From positions 704,001-768,000 of the forward strand of contig CBDFJG010000004.1 of the NCBI GenBank assembly GCA_965248445.1: a DNA stretch of 64,000 nucleotides. The letters are read 5' to 3'. The notes beneath the pieces were generated by a model. The model was given only the letters and a program-made list of their open reading frames with translations. It was not told where the DNA came from and made no database searches. How positions within the stretch are numbered: the first letter of the stretch is position 1; every line of letters begins with the position of its first letter. Shown one piece after another: positions 45,313 to 55,855 of this stretch. Position numbers and translations under genes: made by a program. This DNA comes from Planctomycetota bacterium. GTDB taxonomy: Bacteria; Planctomycetota; JAJSAM01; JAJVHW01.

Positions 45313-48300
45313 ATGAGCGGTCTCGAACCCCCGCAGCCACCCACCCAGCTGGCCGGATTCACCGTGGGCGACCGCGTGCGCGCCCGCGGTGTCCTGGCAG
45401 TCCACGCAGGCACCAACAAGCTCGGGGTGCCGGTCGAACTGCACATCGTCGAGGAGGGCGCGTTGCCGGCGGAGTACGGCGTCGGTGAGTTCCTCTCTAC
45501 GGTTCGCGACGCGACGCGGGCGCGTCACGAGTCGCTGGCCGGGTACATCGACGGCGGCGCCGAGGCAGGTGTCGTGTTCGCCGTGGCGCGCGCGGCGGAG
45601 GGACGCACGGTGGACGAGTTGCTCGGCCGCGGCGGTGCGCTCGCGAACGAGCGGGCGCTGTCGATCGCGGCGTCTGTCGCCGATGCGCTCGGGGCGCTCG
45701 AAGAAGTCGGACTACGCCACGGTGATCTCACGCCGCGGCGCATCGCGCTGCCCGGTCGCGGCGACGTCCTGCTGAAGCCTCCCCGTCTGCTGCCCGCGGG
45801 TCTCGCCCCGCGCCGCGCGAGGTATCAGTCGCCCGAAGAGGCACGGGGCGATCGCGGTGACGTACGCAGCGACTTGTTCGTGCTCGGTCTGCTGCTGGTC
45901 GAGATGCTGACGGCGAAGTCGCCCGTGAAGGGCTCGGGCGAACAGGCACGCGCGCATCTGGCCGGTGACCATCTCCGCCCGGTCGCCGACCTTCTCGCCG
46001 GCCGGGATCCCCAGCTGATGCGCATCGTGTCGACTCTTCTGGCGAACGACCCGGATCGGCGTTTTCAGACCGCGGCCGACGCGGCGACCGCGCTCGTGGC
46101 CGTCGCGGGCGGAGAGGCGGTCGATGAGGCGCTGATGCCGTCCGATCGGCCGGAGACAGCGCCGTTCATGGTCCTGCCAGCGGCCGCAACGGCACCCGCG
46201 CGTTCGCCGGAGGCGGCGCGCGGAGATCGCACTGCCCGTCGCGATGCGAAGACCGCGCCGCAGCGCAAGGCCGCGACGCGGAAAGGCGGCGGCACGGCGG
46301 CTACGGCTGCGCAGGCAACCGGGGCACCGGGTGGACGCAAGCCCGGTCGTCTGTTCCTCAAGTCGCGGCTCGGCGAATCGCGTCTGGAAATCGACGAGGA
46401 CATCCACGTCGGCTGGCCGAAGAGCGAAGTCGACGTGCGCGCGTCGCCGGAGGCATGGAGCGGAGCGGCCATCCGGATCGAGCGTCGCGACGACGCCGAC
46501 GTGCTCGTCCCGCTGCTACCAGGAGTCACCGTCGGCGGCGAAGAGGTCGCCGAGTGCGAGTTGCACACCGGTGACGTGGTCGAAGGGCCGAACCTGTCCG
46601 GTCGATACGAACGCGGGCGACGGTCCGCTCTTCGCGCAGCCGCACCACCGGAGGACGGGACGCCGGACAGTCCCGGCATGCGCCGGCTCGTCGTCGGCGC
46701 GATCGCGGGCCTCACGCTGGTGGTGGTCGGGTTCATCGCCGTGCGGACCAAGGGCATCCTGCTCGAGAACAGCGGCGTCGACTCGGCGCGTGCGACCGCA
46801 GCCGCGGAACTCGCGCGCGCCAAGAAGGCCGCGGCGAAGAGCATCACGGGCCCCGCCGAGGGGCCGGGCCCGGAGCGAGCCGCACACGCGGCGTTCGAGT
46901 CGGCACGGGGTCTGGCAAGGCGACGGCCGGACGAACCGGAGACGGCCCGCAAGGCACTCGAGCGGGTCGCGACCGACCATGCCGGAACGGCCTGGGGCGC
47001 ACTGGCGCGTCTCGAAGCCATGGAGCTCGGCCGTCGCGAGCGGACGACGCGGAGCACCGACCTCGACAAGATCATCGCGGAGGCGGAGGCCGACGCCGCA
47101 GAGGGCGCACTCGTCGATGCACTGCGCCGTCTGCGCCGCCTGGCCGACGAGCGCCCCGGGACGGTCGACGCGGGGATCCTCCGCCGGGCCGTGGTGCGGC
47201 TCGACGGCGAGATCCAGGCACAGATCGACGGGGCGGCCGCGGCGGCACGGGTCGCGCTGGCCGCGCAGGACTTCCGCGCCGCGCTCGAGGCGGTGGACGG
47301 CGCGCTCGAGATCGCGCCGTTCGACCGCCGCGAAACGCTGACCGACCTGCGCGAACAGATCGATCGTGCGATGAACCCGTCGGCAGGCACCGGCGGCGGA
47401 AGTACCGGCTCCGTCAACCCCCCGGACCGCAATCCACCGGAACGCGGTGGCGACGGGCCGGCGCCTGTTCGGCCGCCCAACGGCGGAGAGAGCGGCGGGA
47501 CCACGGCGGGCGGCGGCGATCCGGTGGACACCGGACCCGATCCAGCCGCGCGAGACAAAGAGGCCGACACACTCTTCAAGAAGTCCCGCCGTCAGATGGA
47601 CAGCGGGAAGCACGCGGAAGCGCTCGGCGGCTTCACCCAGTTCTTGCGGGAGTACGCCGACACGCCCACCGGCACCAAGCGCGACCTAGAGGTCCGCCGG
47701 CGCATCACGTCGCTCGCCGCGGGCGAGGCCGGGATTATCAAGCTGTTCCGCGGCGTGGTGGAGAAGCGCGAACGGGGCCGCTGGCGGATCACGTACGACT
47801 TCGAGGACGAGGAGCAGATGCTCGATTTCCGGGACGTCAAGGCGTTCCAGGCGACTCCGCGCGCCAAGTGGTCACACGTCTCAGGCGGCACGCGCGCGAA
47901 GGGCTCGGGCGCGTTCATGCTGGACGCGAAGTTCAAGGCCGAGTTCTTGTCGATGCGCGTGCGCATCGACCCGGAACGCGCTCACGACATCGGCGTGATG
48001 TTCTTCGAGCACAACGTCACGAACCGTTTCTACCTCTACACACTTCAGAACAGCTGGTTCAAGCTCGGCAAGGGACCGGGGGCGGAGACGTTCCAGGAGA
48101 ACGCGATCATCCTGTTCGGACCGGACATGTGGCGCGACACGCCGCCGGGCGAGATCGGGTTCGTGCGGAAGACGGGCTCCGAGGAACCGAAGTTCACGCC
48201 CGGGGAGGCGGTCGAGTTGAAAGCGGGCAAGTCCGAGGGCGAAGTGTGGCTGCGCTTCCCCGGCGGGCGGACCATCCGAGGGAGCGCGTACGGCGACGTG

Positions 48301-48438
48301 AAGTACGAGTTCAAGGGCCTCTCTCCCGCAGTGTTCGTGCTCAACAGCTCCGGCTTCTTCGACGACATCGTGATCGAGGGCGTCCCGGATCCGGACTGGG
48401 TGGCCGAGCGATGGCGTGCGATCCTCTCCGAACTCTGA
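45313..48438 (+). CDS. Membrane protein with Ser/Thr pseudokinase domain, FHA-like region, TM and extracytoplasmic helical/beta domains
   Basis: HGDLTP, YQSPEEARG, RSDLFVLGLLLVEMLT, DPDRRF; Gly loop, VAIK and DFG missing; TM LVVGAIAGLTLVVVGFIAV. Confidence 0.85.
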   Translation: MSGLEPPQPPTQLAGFTVGDRVRARGVLAVHAGTNKLGVPVELHIVEEGALPAEYGVGEFLSTVRDATRARHESLAGYIDGGAEAGVVFAVARAAEGRTVDELLGRGGALANERALSIAASVADALGALEEVGLRHGDLTPRRIALPGRGDVLLKPPRLLPAGLAPRRARYQSPEEARGDRGDVRSDLFVLGLLLVEMLTAKSPVKGSGEQARAHLAGDHLRPVADLLAGRDPQLMRIVSTLLANDPDRRFQTAADAATALVAVAGGEAVDEALMPSDRPETAPFMVLPAAATAPARSPEAARGDRTARRDAKTAPQRKAATRKGGGTAATAAQATGAPGGRKPGRLFLKSRLGESRLEIDEDIHVGWPKSEVDVRASPEAWSGAAIRIERRDDADVLVPLLPGVTVGGEEVAECELHTGDVVEGPNLSGRYERGRRSALRAAAPPEDGTPDSPGMRRLVVGAIAGLTLVVVGFIAVRTKGILLENSGVDSARATAAAELARAKKAAAKSITGPAEGPGPERAAHAAFESARGLARRRPDEPETARKALERVATDHAGTAWGALARLEAMELGRRERTTRSTDLDKIIAEAEADAAEGALVDALRRLRRLADERPGTVDAGILRRAVVRLDGEIQAQIDGAAAAARVALAAQDFRAALEAVDGALEIAPFDRRETLTDLREQIDRAMNPSAGTGGGSTGSVNPPDRNPPERGGDGPAPVRPPNGGESGGTTAGGGDPVDTGPDPAARDKEADTLFKKSRRQMDSGKHAEALGGFTQFLREYADTPTGTKRDLEVRRRITSLAAGEAGIIKLFRGVVEKRERGRWRITYDFEDEEQMLDFRDVKAFQATPRAKWSHVSGGTRAKGSGAFMLDAKFKAEFLSMRVRIDPERAHDIGVMFFEHNVTNRFYLYTLQNSWFKLGKGPGAETFQENAIILFGPDMWRDTPPGEIGFVRKTGSEEPKFTPGEAVELKAGKSEGEVWLRFPGGRTIRGSAYGDVKYEFKGLSPAVFVLNSSGFFDDIVIEGVPDPDWVAERWRAILSEL

Positions 48439-48725
48439 TGAAGCGAACTCAAACCCTCTCGGCGCTCGTGCTCGCTCTGGTCCTCGCGGCCGGGTGTGGG
48501 TCCACCACGCCGACGCGGCCCGACAAGCCAGACCGTCCGGAACGTGAGCTGCCCGAGGGGATGGCCGACGCGCGGGAGGAGATGGGCGCCCACCGCGAGG
48601 TCACCCGCGATCGCATGGACGAGATGATGTCCGGCGGCGAGGAAGTACCGGACCCCAACAGCCCGTGGTACGGCCCGGTACTCGACGTCGTGGGCCTCGC
48701 GTCCAACCTCTGGACCTGGTTCTAG
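48438..48725 (+). CDS. Small lipoprotein
   Basis: ATG overlaps the upstream TGA; MKRTQTLSALVLALVLAAGC lipobox. Confidence 0.8.
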   Translation: MKRTQTLSALVLALVLAAGCGSTTPTRPDKPDRPERELPEGMADAREEMGAHREVTRDRMDEMMSGGEEVPDPNSPWYGPVLDVVGLASNLWTWF

Positions 48726-48768
48726 CCGGCGGGCTGATTGCGGGGCAATCAGCCCGCCGGCTGTGTTT
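48724..48768 (+). terminator. Terminator-like hairpin
   Basis: 18-bp perfect stem AGCCGGCGGGCTGATTGC-GGG-GCAATCAGCCCGCCGGCT followed by GTGTTT. Confidence 0.75.
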
Positions 48769-48843
48769 CCCTCCTAACACCGCCTCCGGCGGCTACGGAG
48801 GACTCCGCTCCGGCGTCCCGCCTCCGCTCCGCGTTCACTCCTG

Positions 48844-48958
48844 CCGAACCGTCCACCGGACGCTTCGGCTGCCGCTGCGCGGCACCGTCGTTCACCCCTC
48901 CGTGATTCACGCAACAAGTGCGAGTTCGTTGTAGGGGCGGGGCGCTGCCCCGCCCGCG
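48844..48958 (+). repeat. REP/MITE-like cluster
   Basis: Imperfect palindrome CCGAACCGTCCACCGGACGCTTCGG; CCGTGATTCACGCAAC; GTAGGGGCGGGG-CGCTG-CCCCGCCC (48931-48955). Confidence 0.7.
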
Positions 48959-48985
48959 ACCGTCCAATCGTGCGTGGCTCCGTCC

Positions 48986-51900
48986 TCAGCCGCGATGTCC
49001 GCACAGTTCGCACGTCGCGTCGCCGGGTGCATGCCGGTAGTCCTCGTCGCGTGTGGCGTCGAGGAAGCGCTGCACCAGGCCGCGCTCGAGTTCGTCGAGG
49101 GCCGGACGTGTGACGTCGACGTCGTGGGTCGTCCCGTCCGGGAGTGAGAACAGCGTGGCGCGTGCCGGCGGGCGCGCATCGATGCGTGACAACGCCAGTC
49201 CGTACAACTGCATCTGCACGGCGTACGCGCGCGCCGCTCCGTCCACCGCTCCCGCCTTGTAGTCGACGATCACCCAGCCTTCGTCCGTGCGGAACAGCAG
49301 GTCCACCTGGCCGCGCAGGATCGTCGGTCCGGCACGCACCAGGATCGACTGCTCGCGCCGCACGCGGTCACGCGGCAGGCCGCGGACGGCGTCACCCAGG
49401 TCGCTGTCCCTGAACGTCTTGGTCCACTGCACGACGCGAGCAACGTCCGCCCCGCCGGGGGGAGCGCCGCGCGTCTCGGAGCGCAGCGCGTCGCGCACCG
49501 TCTGCTCGATGTCGCCGTCGAACGCGGGGACGAGGCGCTCGAGTGCCAGGTGCACCGCACGGCCGAGCGCACGCCGGCCGAGCGGCGAACCGATCTCGTC
49601 GTCGTCGCCGGGACGGAACGGTCGCTCGCCGTCGGAGATTCCGGGTGATCCCCCATCGAGGTCGAGACTCTCCGGAATGCCAAGCACATGACGCCGACGG
49701 AACGCGATCGGGCAGCGCGAGTACGTCATCACCGCCGACACCGTGCTCTCGAACAGCGCCCCGGACGGGCGTGGCGGCGCCCGGTCTGCGATCGTCATCA
49801 GATCCCGCGCCTCCGCGCGGGCGCGATCGCCCGGATTGCCGCCCGGCGCGCGCCCCGAGACCAGCGCGCGCGACACGTCGCCCATGCGCGACCGGACCGC
49901 ACGACCGGAGGACGAAGGCGGCGCGGCGGCGGCGTGCGCGAGAACGAGGGCCGCGTCCCCCGCGCACGGCGCCACGGCGATGACGCGATCCCACCACGGC
50001 CGCTTTGCGTTGTGCGATGACGAGGACACGGCCGCCGTGAGAACGAGGTGTTCGGACGCACGGGTCACCGCGACATACAACAGGCGCATCGACTCCGCAT
50101 CGTCCCGCGCGGCGTTCGCGGCGCGGATGCGCCGGAACGCGAGCGGGCGCGCCTCCTGCTTCCTCACCGGGCCCCAGGGGAGGTCGGGCAGCAGTCCCAC
50201 TCCGTCCTGGGCGTGGCACTCGAGGCCGCTGGACGGATGGCGGTGCGCTCGCGCCATGTCAGGGACGAAGACGAGGGGGAACTCGAGCCCCTTCGCCTGG
50301 TGCACGGTCATGACGCTCACGGCGCCCGCGCCTGCGATCGGCGCCTCCGTCTCGCGCACCTCGCGCTGGCGAAGCTGGCGGAGGCGGTCCACGAAGATTG
50401 CGAGCGGGACGCCACCCGAGTCATCGGCGGCACGCGCCATGTCCTGGATCTTGCGGAGGTTGGCCAGTCGCTGACGTCCGGACGGGCGGGCCAGCACGAT
50501 CAGGTCGTGATCAGTGGCACGTATCGAACGATCGACCAACTCTGCGAGCGGCACACGACCGCGCACCCGGCGCAGCTCGGCGAAGACGCTCACGAACTCG
50601 ACGAGTCGTCGCGCCGCGCCCGACGTGAGGGACGGCGCGTCTCGATCGCCGCGCGCCACGCGCTCGACCACGTCGCTCAGGGTGCGGCCACCGCGCGCGC
50701 TCGTGAGACGGAACAGCGACTCGTCGTCCAGGCCGCACGACGGCGAGCGGAGCACGGAGGCCATTCGGAGATCATCTGCAGCGCAGTCCACGCAGGAGAG
50801 CAGGTTCGCGAGATCGACCACCTCGCGCGCCTCGTAGAACCCACGGCCCTTCACGACCGTGTACGGGACGTCACGCTCGGTGAGGGCGCGTTCGATCAGC
50901 TTCACGTGCGTCATCGCGCGCAACAGGATCGCGACGTCACCGGGCGCCGCGGGGCGGGTCGATTCGGCCCCATCCGGGCCATCGGCGTTCTCGGGACTCT
51001 CGCTGCGAACGCGCAGCGGGGTCTCCCCCGCCGTGAGCGCTACGATCCTGTCCGCGATCCACCGTGCCTCGTCGATGCGAGCGGCGATCAGCGTATCATT
51101 CGCCAGCAGGGCGGTCTCCACCCGCGGCCCGCCGTCGGCGTGTGCCGGACGGGCCGCGACCAGCGGCCGGAACGGGACGGGGCGCACCCCGAGCTCCGGT
51201 GCGCCGCGCGAGACACCGCCGTCGAACAACGCGTTCACAAACGCCAGCAGGGCCGGCCGCGCGCGGTACGACACGGATAGGTCGACGCGAGCGGTGCCCT
51301 CTCGTTCGGTCCGCTCGAGAAACACCTCCACGTCGGCCCCGCGGAATCCGTAGATCGACTGCTTGGGGTCGCCGACGACGAACAGCGAGCCGTCGCGGCG
51401 GAGAAGCTCCACGAGGCGCGACTGGATCGGGTTCGTGTCCTGGTACTCGTCGACCAGCAGGTCAGTGCGCCTCGCGGCGATCTCGGCCTGCAAATCCGGC
51501 GCGCCGGAGAGCAACTCGAGCGCGCGCAGCTCGAGATCTGCGAAGTCGAGGCGCGCACCGTTGCCCTTGATCTCGTCGTGCAGTTCGCGCAGCCGCGTCA
51601 GCAATCCTGCGAGTTCGCGACGGTGTGGAGCGATCCACGCCTCCGCAGCGGCGCCGTGCATTTCATAGAGCGCGCTCCGCACAGCCGCGAGCGCCGCGTT
51701 CACGTCCGCCGCTCCGGCTCCGGGGAGCTTGATCGATGCGGCGGCGGCACGCGCCGCCACCGCTACGGCCTCTTCGTCCGTCCCCCACGGCAGTCCGCGG
51801 ACCACGCCGAGCGCCGCGTCCGCGCGACGAGTCATCGCGACACTCGCGCCGGCCTTCGCGGTGACGAGGACCGCCGCAGCCGCGGCGACGTCAGCCCGCG

Positions 51901-52465
51901 CTGCCGTGATATCCGGGATGTCGGCGGGTGGCTCGAGGAACTCGTCGAACGGACGGCCGGATGCGCGCGCGGCCTCGTACAGCGCGAGCATCCGCTCGTC
52001 TGCGTCTCCGCCCAGCGTCCTCGCTACCCGCGCGAACGTCTGGGGCTGCTCCCGCGCCAGTTCGGCCGCGAGCGCAGCCAACGCCTCGCGCGTCACGACG
52101 TCCGATTGCACTTCGTCGAGAACCTCGAAACCGGGGTCCACGCCGGCCTCGACGGCGTGCTCGCGTAACAATCGCGCACAATACGCGTGCACCGTCGAGA
52201 TGGCGGCGCGATCGACCTCCTCCGCCGCGTTCGGGACGCCGCCGGCGGCGAGGGCGCGGCCGAGTCGCTCCTTCATCTCTGCCGCGGCCCTCTCGGTGAA
52301 CGTGATCGCCGCAATGCGTTCGAGCGGAACCCCGTCCTCGACGACACGGCGCACGATTCGCTCAGTGAGCACGCGCGTCTTGCCGCTGCCCGCACCGGCG
52401 ACGACCGAGAGGTCGCTCCCACGGTGCATCACCGCCTCCATCTGGCGCGCATCGAGAGCGCTCAC
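48986..52465 (-). CDS. addA: AddA-like UvrD helicase with PD-(D/E)XK nuclease
   Basis: AGAGSGKT, TFTERAA, LVDEYQDTN, VGDPKQSIYGFRGA, TVHQAKGLEF, LYVAVTRA, GQVDL...IVDYK. Confidence 0.92.
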   Translation of the reverse strand: MSALDARQMEAVMHRGSDLSVVAGAGSGKTRVLTERIVRRVVEDGVPLERIAAITFTERAAAEMKERLGRALAAGGVPNAAEEVDRAAISTVHAYCARLLREHAVEAGVDPGFEVLDEVQSDVVTREALAALAAELAREQPQTFARVARTLGGDADERMLALYEAARASGRPFDEFLEPPADIPDITAARADVAAAAAVLVTAKAGASVAMTRRADAALGVVRGLPWGTDEEAVAVAARAAAASIKLPGAGAADVNAALAAVRSALYEMHGAAAEAWIAPHRRELAGLLTRLRELHDEIKGNGARLDFADLELRALELLSGAPDLQAEIAARRTDLLVDEYQDTNPIQSRLVELLRRDGSLFVVGDPKQSIYGFRGADVEVFLERTEREGTARVDLSVSYRARPALLAFVNALFDGGVSRGAPELGVRPVPFRPLVAARPAHADGGPRVETALLANDTLIAARIDEARWIADRIVALTAGETPLRVRSESPENADGPDGAESTRPAAPGDVAILLRAMTHVKLIERALTERDVPYTVVKGRGFYEAREVVDLANLLSCVDCAADDLRMASVLRSPSCGLDDESLFRLTSARGGRTLSDVVERVARGDRDAPSLTSGAARRLVEFVSVFAELRRVRGRVPLAELVDRSIRATDHDLIVLARPSGRQRLANLRKIQDMARAADDSGGVPLAIFVDRLRQLRQREVRETEAPIAGAGAVSVMTVHQAKGLEFPLVFVPDMARAHRHPSSGLECHAQDGVGLLPDLPWGPVRKQEARPLAFRRIRAANAARDDAESMRLLYVAVTRASEHLVLTAAVSSSSHNAKRPWWDRVIAVAPCAGDAALVLAHAAAAPPSSSGRAVRSRMGDVSRALVSGRAPGGNPGDRARAEARDLMTIADRAPPRPSGALFESTVSAVMTYSRCPIAFRRRHVLGIPESLDLDGGSPGISDGERPFRPGDDDEIGSPLGRRALGRAVHLALERLVPAFDGDIEQTVRDALRSETRGAPPGGADVARVVQWTKTFRDSDLGDAVRGLPRDRVRREQSILVRAGPTILRGQVDLLFRTDEGWVIVDYKAGAVDGAARAYAVQMQLYGLALSRIDARPPARATLFSLPDGTTHDVDVTRPALDELERGLVQRFLDATRDEDYRHAPGDATCELCGHRG

Positions 52466-55400
52466 GGCTGCTCCTCGACGCGGCAGAGGTCCGTGTACGG
52501 ACAGCGCGGGCAGCGGTCCGGATCAACCGGTGCTACGAGAATCTCGCCGCCCCGGATCCGCCCGTCCAGTTCACCGACGATGGCCGCGACCTCGCTCAGG
52601 CGCGCCTCTGGGTCGTCGCTCCAGATGACGGACGACTTCGGTGCCTTGTCGGCGTCACCCAACCACAGCCAGCGCCGGCGGCGGTCACGCAGGGTGAGGT
52701 ACGCGGCGCCGACGACTCTCAGGTTCCGCGCGGCACGCATCGCGAGCACGTAGATCGGCAGTTGCAGGTCCAGCCCCGCTGCGATCTTCGCTGGGAGGCC
52801 TGCGTACCGCTCGCTGCGCGACGTCTTGTAGTCGAGCACGACCACGTTGCCGTCCGCGTCGTGGTCAACTCGGTCCACACGGCCGAGTAACGGAACCTCG
52901 GTGCCGTCGGGCACCCGCACCGCGACTGGCTCGGATCGGCCCCCCGCCCCATCCCCGACAGCACCGAACGGCTGTTCGACCTCCTGCCGCACTGTGTTCG
53001 CAAGCGGTGGACGCTGGGCGTCATCCTCCAGCGCATCTGCCACCGCCTTCTGCAGCGTGAGCCGGGCACGCTCGGTGGTCAGCGACGGGAAGGCCTCGCC
53101 CGCGAACCGCTCCCACTCCGCGTCGAACACCTGCTGGACGGCATCGGGGTCGCCCTGCGCATCGCGGCGATCGTCGAACAGGCGTTGCAACGCGCCGTGC
53201 GCGACGTTCCCCTGGGTGAGCGCGTCGACGCCGTCCTCGGGACGGGCTGGAGACTCCCGCAGTCCGAGGCCCTTGCGCGCGAAGTGACGGTACGGGCACT
53301 GAGCGAAGTCCGACAGGGACGTCGACGACCGCGCGGCGCGGCGCGCGAGGTGCGCCCGCGCGGCGGAGTCCTCGGACAGGACAGGTTGAGACACCAGACG
53401 CGCCCGCGCCGCGCGAATGAGGGCGTGCCCCCCGCGCAGCACGGGCAGCGCATTCTCGGCGACCGCGCGTGCGACGACCTCCTGCAGAACACAGACCGCC
53501 ACGTCCTGGCGCCCGGCCCCTGCGCTCCCTGTCGGGTGCCGCTCCGACAGCGCCGCGATCGCTGCGCGGGTCAGGTCGCGCTCGCCTGCGATCTCGGCAT
53601 CGGCCGGTCGCACATCGCCGGGAGCGCGGTCTGCGCCCTCCGGGCGGCGCTGTTCGGCGGGGAAGACCGAGAGCACTCGCTCGAGGAACGGCGATGGCAC
53701 GGCCGCCTCGCCCCGCTCGTCGCATGACGACGTCGTGAGCACGAGCGTGTTTCGAGCCCGGGTTACCGCGCAGTAGAAGAGGAAGCGTTCGCGGTGCAGT
53801 GCACGATCCATGCGCGTCGGAAGACGCACGCCGGTCGAGCGGCGCAGAGTCTCGCGGTCGTCGTCCCTGACGAACACATCCTCCGCGGTCGCGGCCGGGA
53901 ACTCTCCCATGCGAAGCCCGGCCACGATCACGACTGCGGCCTCCCACGTCCGCGATTCCTCCGCGTCCACCAGATTCACGGCGTCGATACGCCGGTCCAC
54001 CGCGCGCGTGCGTGCTCGCTCCGCCGCCGCCCTCGCGGAGCGCACCACCTCGGCCGCACCTCCCGCCGCCGCGGAGACGCGATGGCCCGCCAGTGCATCG
54101 GCCACGATGTCGCGAGTGCGGCACATCGCCGCCGCGTCGGCGGCGGCACGGGCGCCGTCCGACGGCCGGATGGTGCCCTGGTACGACGTCTCCAGCAGTT
54201 CGGGCACCGCGACCAACATCGCGAGGACGGACTCCGCGACGTCCAGATGAGGCGCCGCGTCGACCTCGAGCAGCGGTTCGCGCGCTGCTTCCTCGGGCAC
54301 GACGCGAGCGCGCACAGCCCTCGCACTCGCCAGCCAGGCGGCCGCGCCCGGACTCTCCTCCTCGAGCGCGAGCGCGTGCAGATCGGACAGCGTTCGCAGT
54401 CCGCGTGCCCGCGCAACGTGCACAACGCGATCGGCCTCGCAGTCCGGCACCCCCCGCGCGTCACCCGCCGAGAGGGCCAGACGCGCTGCATCGCCCTCGA
54501 TCGCACCGGAGAGCAGACCGAGGAGCCGAAACGCCGATCGTGCGACGGGTGCGGCGAGGAGCGGCGCACCGCCGACGCAGCGGTGTGGCACTCCGTGGTG
54601 CCGCAGCGCGTCCCGTATCCGTCCCCCGGTCGCCCCGTTCATGTGCCGGACGACCACGAGGATGTCCCGTCGCGCGACACCGTCCGCTGCGAACCGGCGG
54701 CAGAGCCGAGCCACGCGATCCGCCTCGTCCGCCGGGTCCGCTCCCGCCACGATCCGCACGCTTCCGTCCGGAGCAGCTGGTTCCACGGAATGGTCGGACA
54801 CGGCGCGCTCGACACGGCCGAGGTCGCCGCACAGTCGTGCTGTACCCGGCAGCAGTTCCACCGCCAGCCGCGACCCCGCGACGAGTTGTGCGCGTAGCGC
54901 GCGGGACACGGCGAACGGCCCGAGCGCGCCTGCGTCGGAAGGGACTCCGGCCGCCCCCCGATCGTCGCGGGACGCGTCGCCGAGCAGCGTGACGATCGCG
55001 CGGTCGGACCGCTCGATCAGCAACTGGACGATGCGCTCCTGCAACTGAGTCAGGTCCGTGAATCCGTCCACGGCGGTGAGTGCCAGTCGCGACGCTTCGC
55101 TCTTCAGCGCCCCGTCCATCCCAGCCTGGTCTTCGCGCAGCGCGAGGAGTAGCTCGTGCAGCAGATCCTCGTGGTCCCGGAGGCCCGCGTGTCGGAGCTC
55201 ATCCTGATACGCCACGACGACGCGCGCGAGCCCCGCCACCTTGGCGCCTCGGGCAGGCGGCAACGACGCGGCGGCGGCGACGATCCGGTCGGCCGCGGCG
55301 GTGAGACGTCCCGCGCCCGGCTCGACCTCGGAGCTCTTGATCTCCTTCACGAAGCGAAGCGCCGCGGCGCGGAACCCGGGGAACCCGCGTACCGCCTCGA

Positions 55401-55752
55401 ACTCGGGCACGGCCACACGCGCCAGCGCGCGCTGCAGCAGCGCGTCCTGCACCGCGCCGGAGGCGAGTCCCGACAAGCGCACGCCGGTCTCGCGCTCCGC
55501 GAGTTGCTCGAACGTTCCGATGCCGCGATCCAGCAGCGCAGGGAGTCCGTCCTGACCACGGAGCAGTCGGCGCTTCATGTGTTCGGCCTGCGAGTACGTC
55601 GGGACGATCACCGCAAATCGCTCGTAGCGGCCTCCGCGATCGCCCCTCTCGAGCAACTGCCGCACGGCCGCGACCACGCGGTGCGTCTTGCCCGACCCGG
55701 CCCTCCCGATCAGGAGGGTGCGCGGGGAGGCTTCGGAGGCGGGGGCCGACAC
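52462..55752 (-). CDS. addB: AddB-like subunit with PD-(D/E)XK nuclease and 4-Cys cluster motif
   Basis: GRAGSGKT, VDGF, CPYRHF, GRVDRVD...LDYK, QLPIY, CPRCPYTDLC. Confidence 0.88.
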   Translation of the reverse strand: MSAPASEASPRTLLIGRAGSGKTHRVVAAVRQLLERGDRGGRYERFAVIVPTYSQAEHMKRRLLRGQDGLPALLDRGIGTFEQLAERETGVRLSGLASGAVQDALLQRALARVAVPEFEAVRGFPGFRAAALRFVKEIKSSEVEPGAGRLTAAADRIVAAAASLPPARGAKVAGLARVVVAYQDELRHAGLRDHEDLLHELLLALREDQAGMDGALKSEASRLALTAVDGFTDLTQLQERIVQLLIERSDRAIVTLLGDASRDDRGAAGVPSDAGALGPFAVSRALRAQLVAGSRLAVELLPGTARLCGDLGRVERAVSDHSVEPAAPDGSVRIVAGADPADEADRVARLCRRFAADGVARRDILVVVRHMNGATGGRIRDALRHHGVPHRCVGGAPLLAAPVARSAFRLLGLLSGAIEGDAARLALSAGDARGVPDCEADRVVHVARARGLRTLSDLHALALEEESPGAAAWLASARAVRARVVPEEAAREPLLEVDAAPHLDVAESVLAMLVAVPELLETSYQGTIRPSDGARAAADAAAMCRTRDIVADALAGHRVSAAAGGAAEVVRSARAAAERARTRAVDRRIDAVNLVDAEESRTWEAAVVIVAGLRMGEFPAATAEDVFVRDDDRETLRRSTGVRLPTRMDRALHRERFLFYCAVTRARNTLVLTTSSCDERGEAAVPSPFLERVLSVFPAEQRRPEGADRAPGDVRPADAEIAGERDLTRAAIAALSERHPTGSAGAGRQDVAVCVLQEVVARAVAENALPVLRGGHALIRAARARLVSQPVLSEDSAARAHLARRAARSSTSLSDFAQCPYRHFARKGLGLRESPARPEDGVDALTQGNVAHGALQRLFDDRRDAQGDPDAVQQVFDAEWERFAGEAFPSLTTERARLTLQKAVADALEDDAQRPPLANTVRQEVEQPFGAVGDGAGGRSEPVAVRVPDGTEVPLLGRVDRVDHDADGNVVVLDYKTSRSERYAGLPAKIAAGLDLQLPIYVLAMRAARNLRVVGAAYLTLRDRRRRWLWLGDADKAPKSSVIWSDDPEARLSEVAAIVGELDGRIRGGEILVAPVDPDRCPRCPYTDLCRVEEQP

Positions 55753-55855
55753 GCAGCCGAGCCTACGCCCGCAGCGGGACAGCACACCAGCGGCTCGCCA
55801 GAGGAGGCCCCATCGGCTCGCGGAGGCGGCCGCCCGATCCAGTACGATCCCGCGG

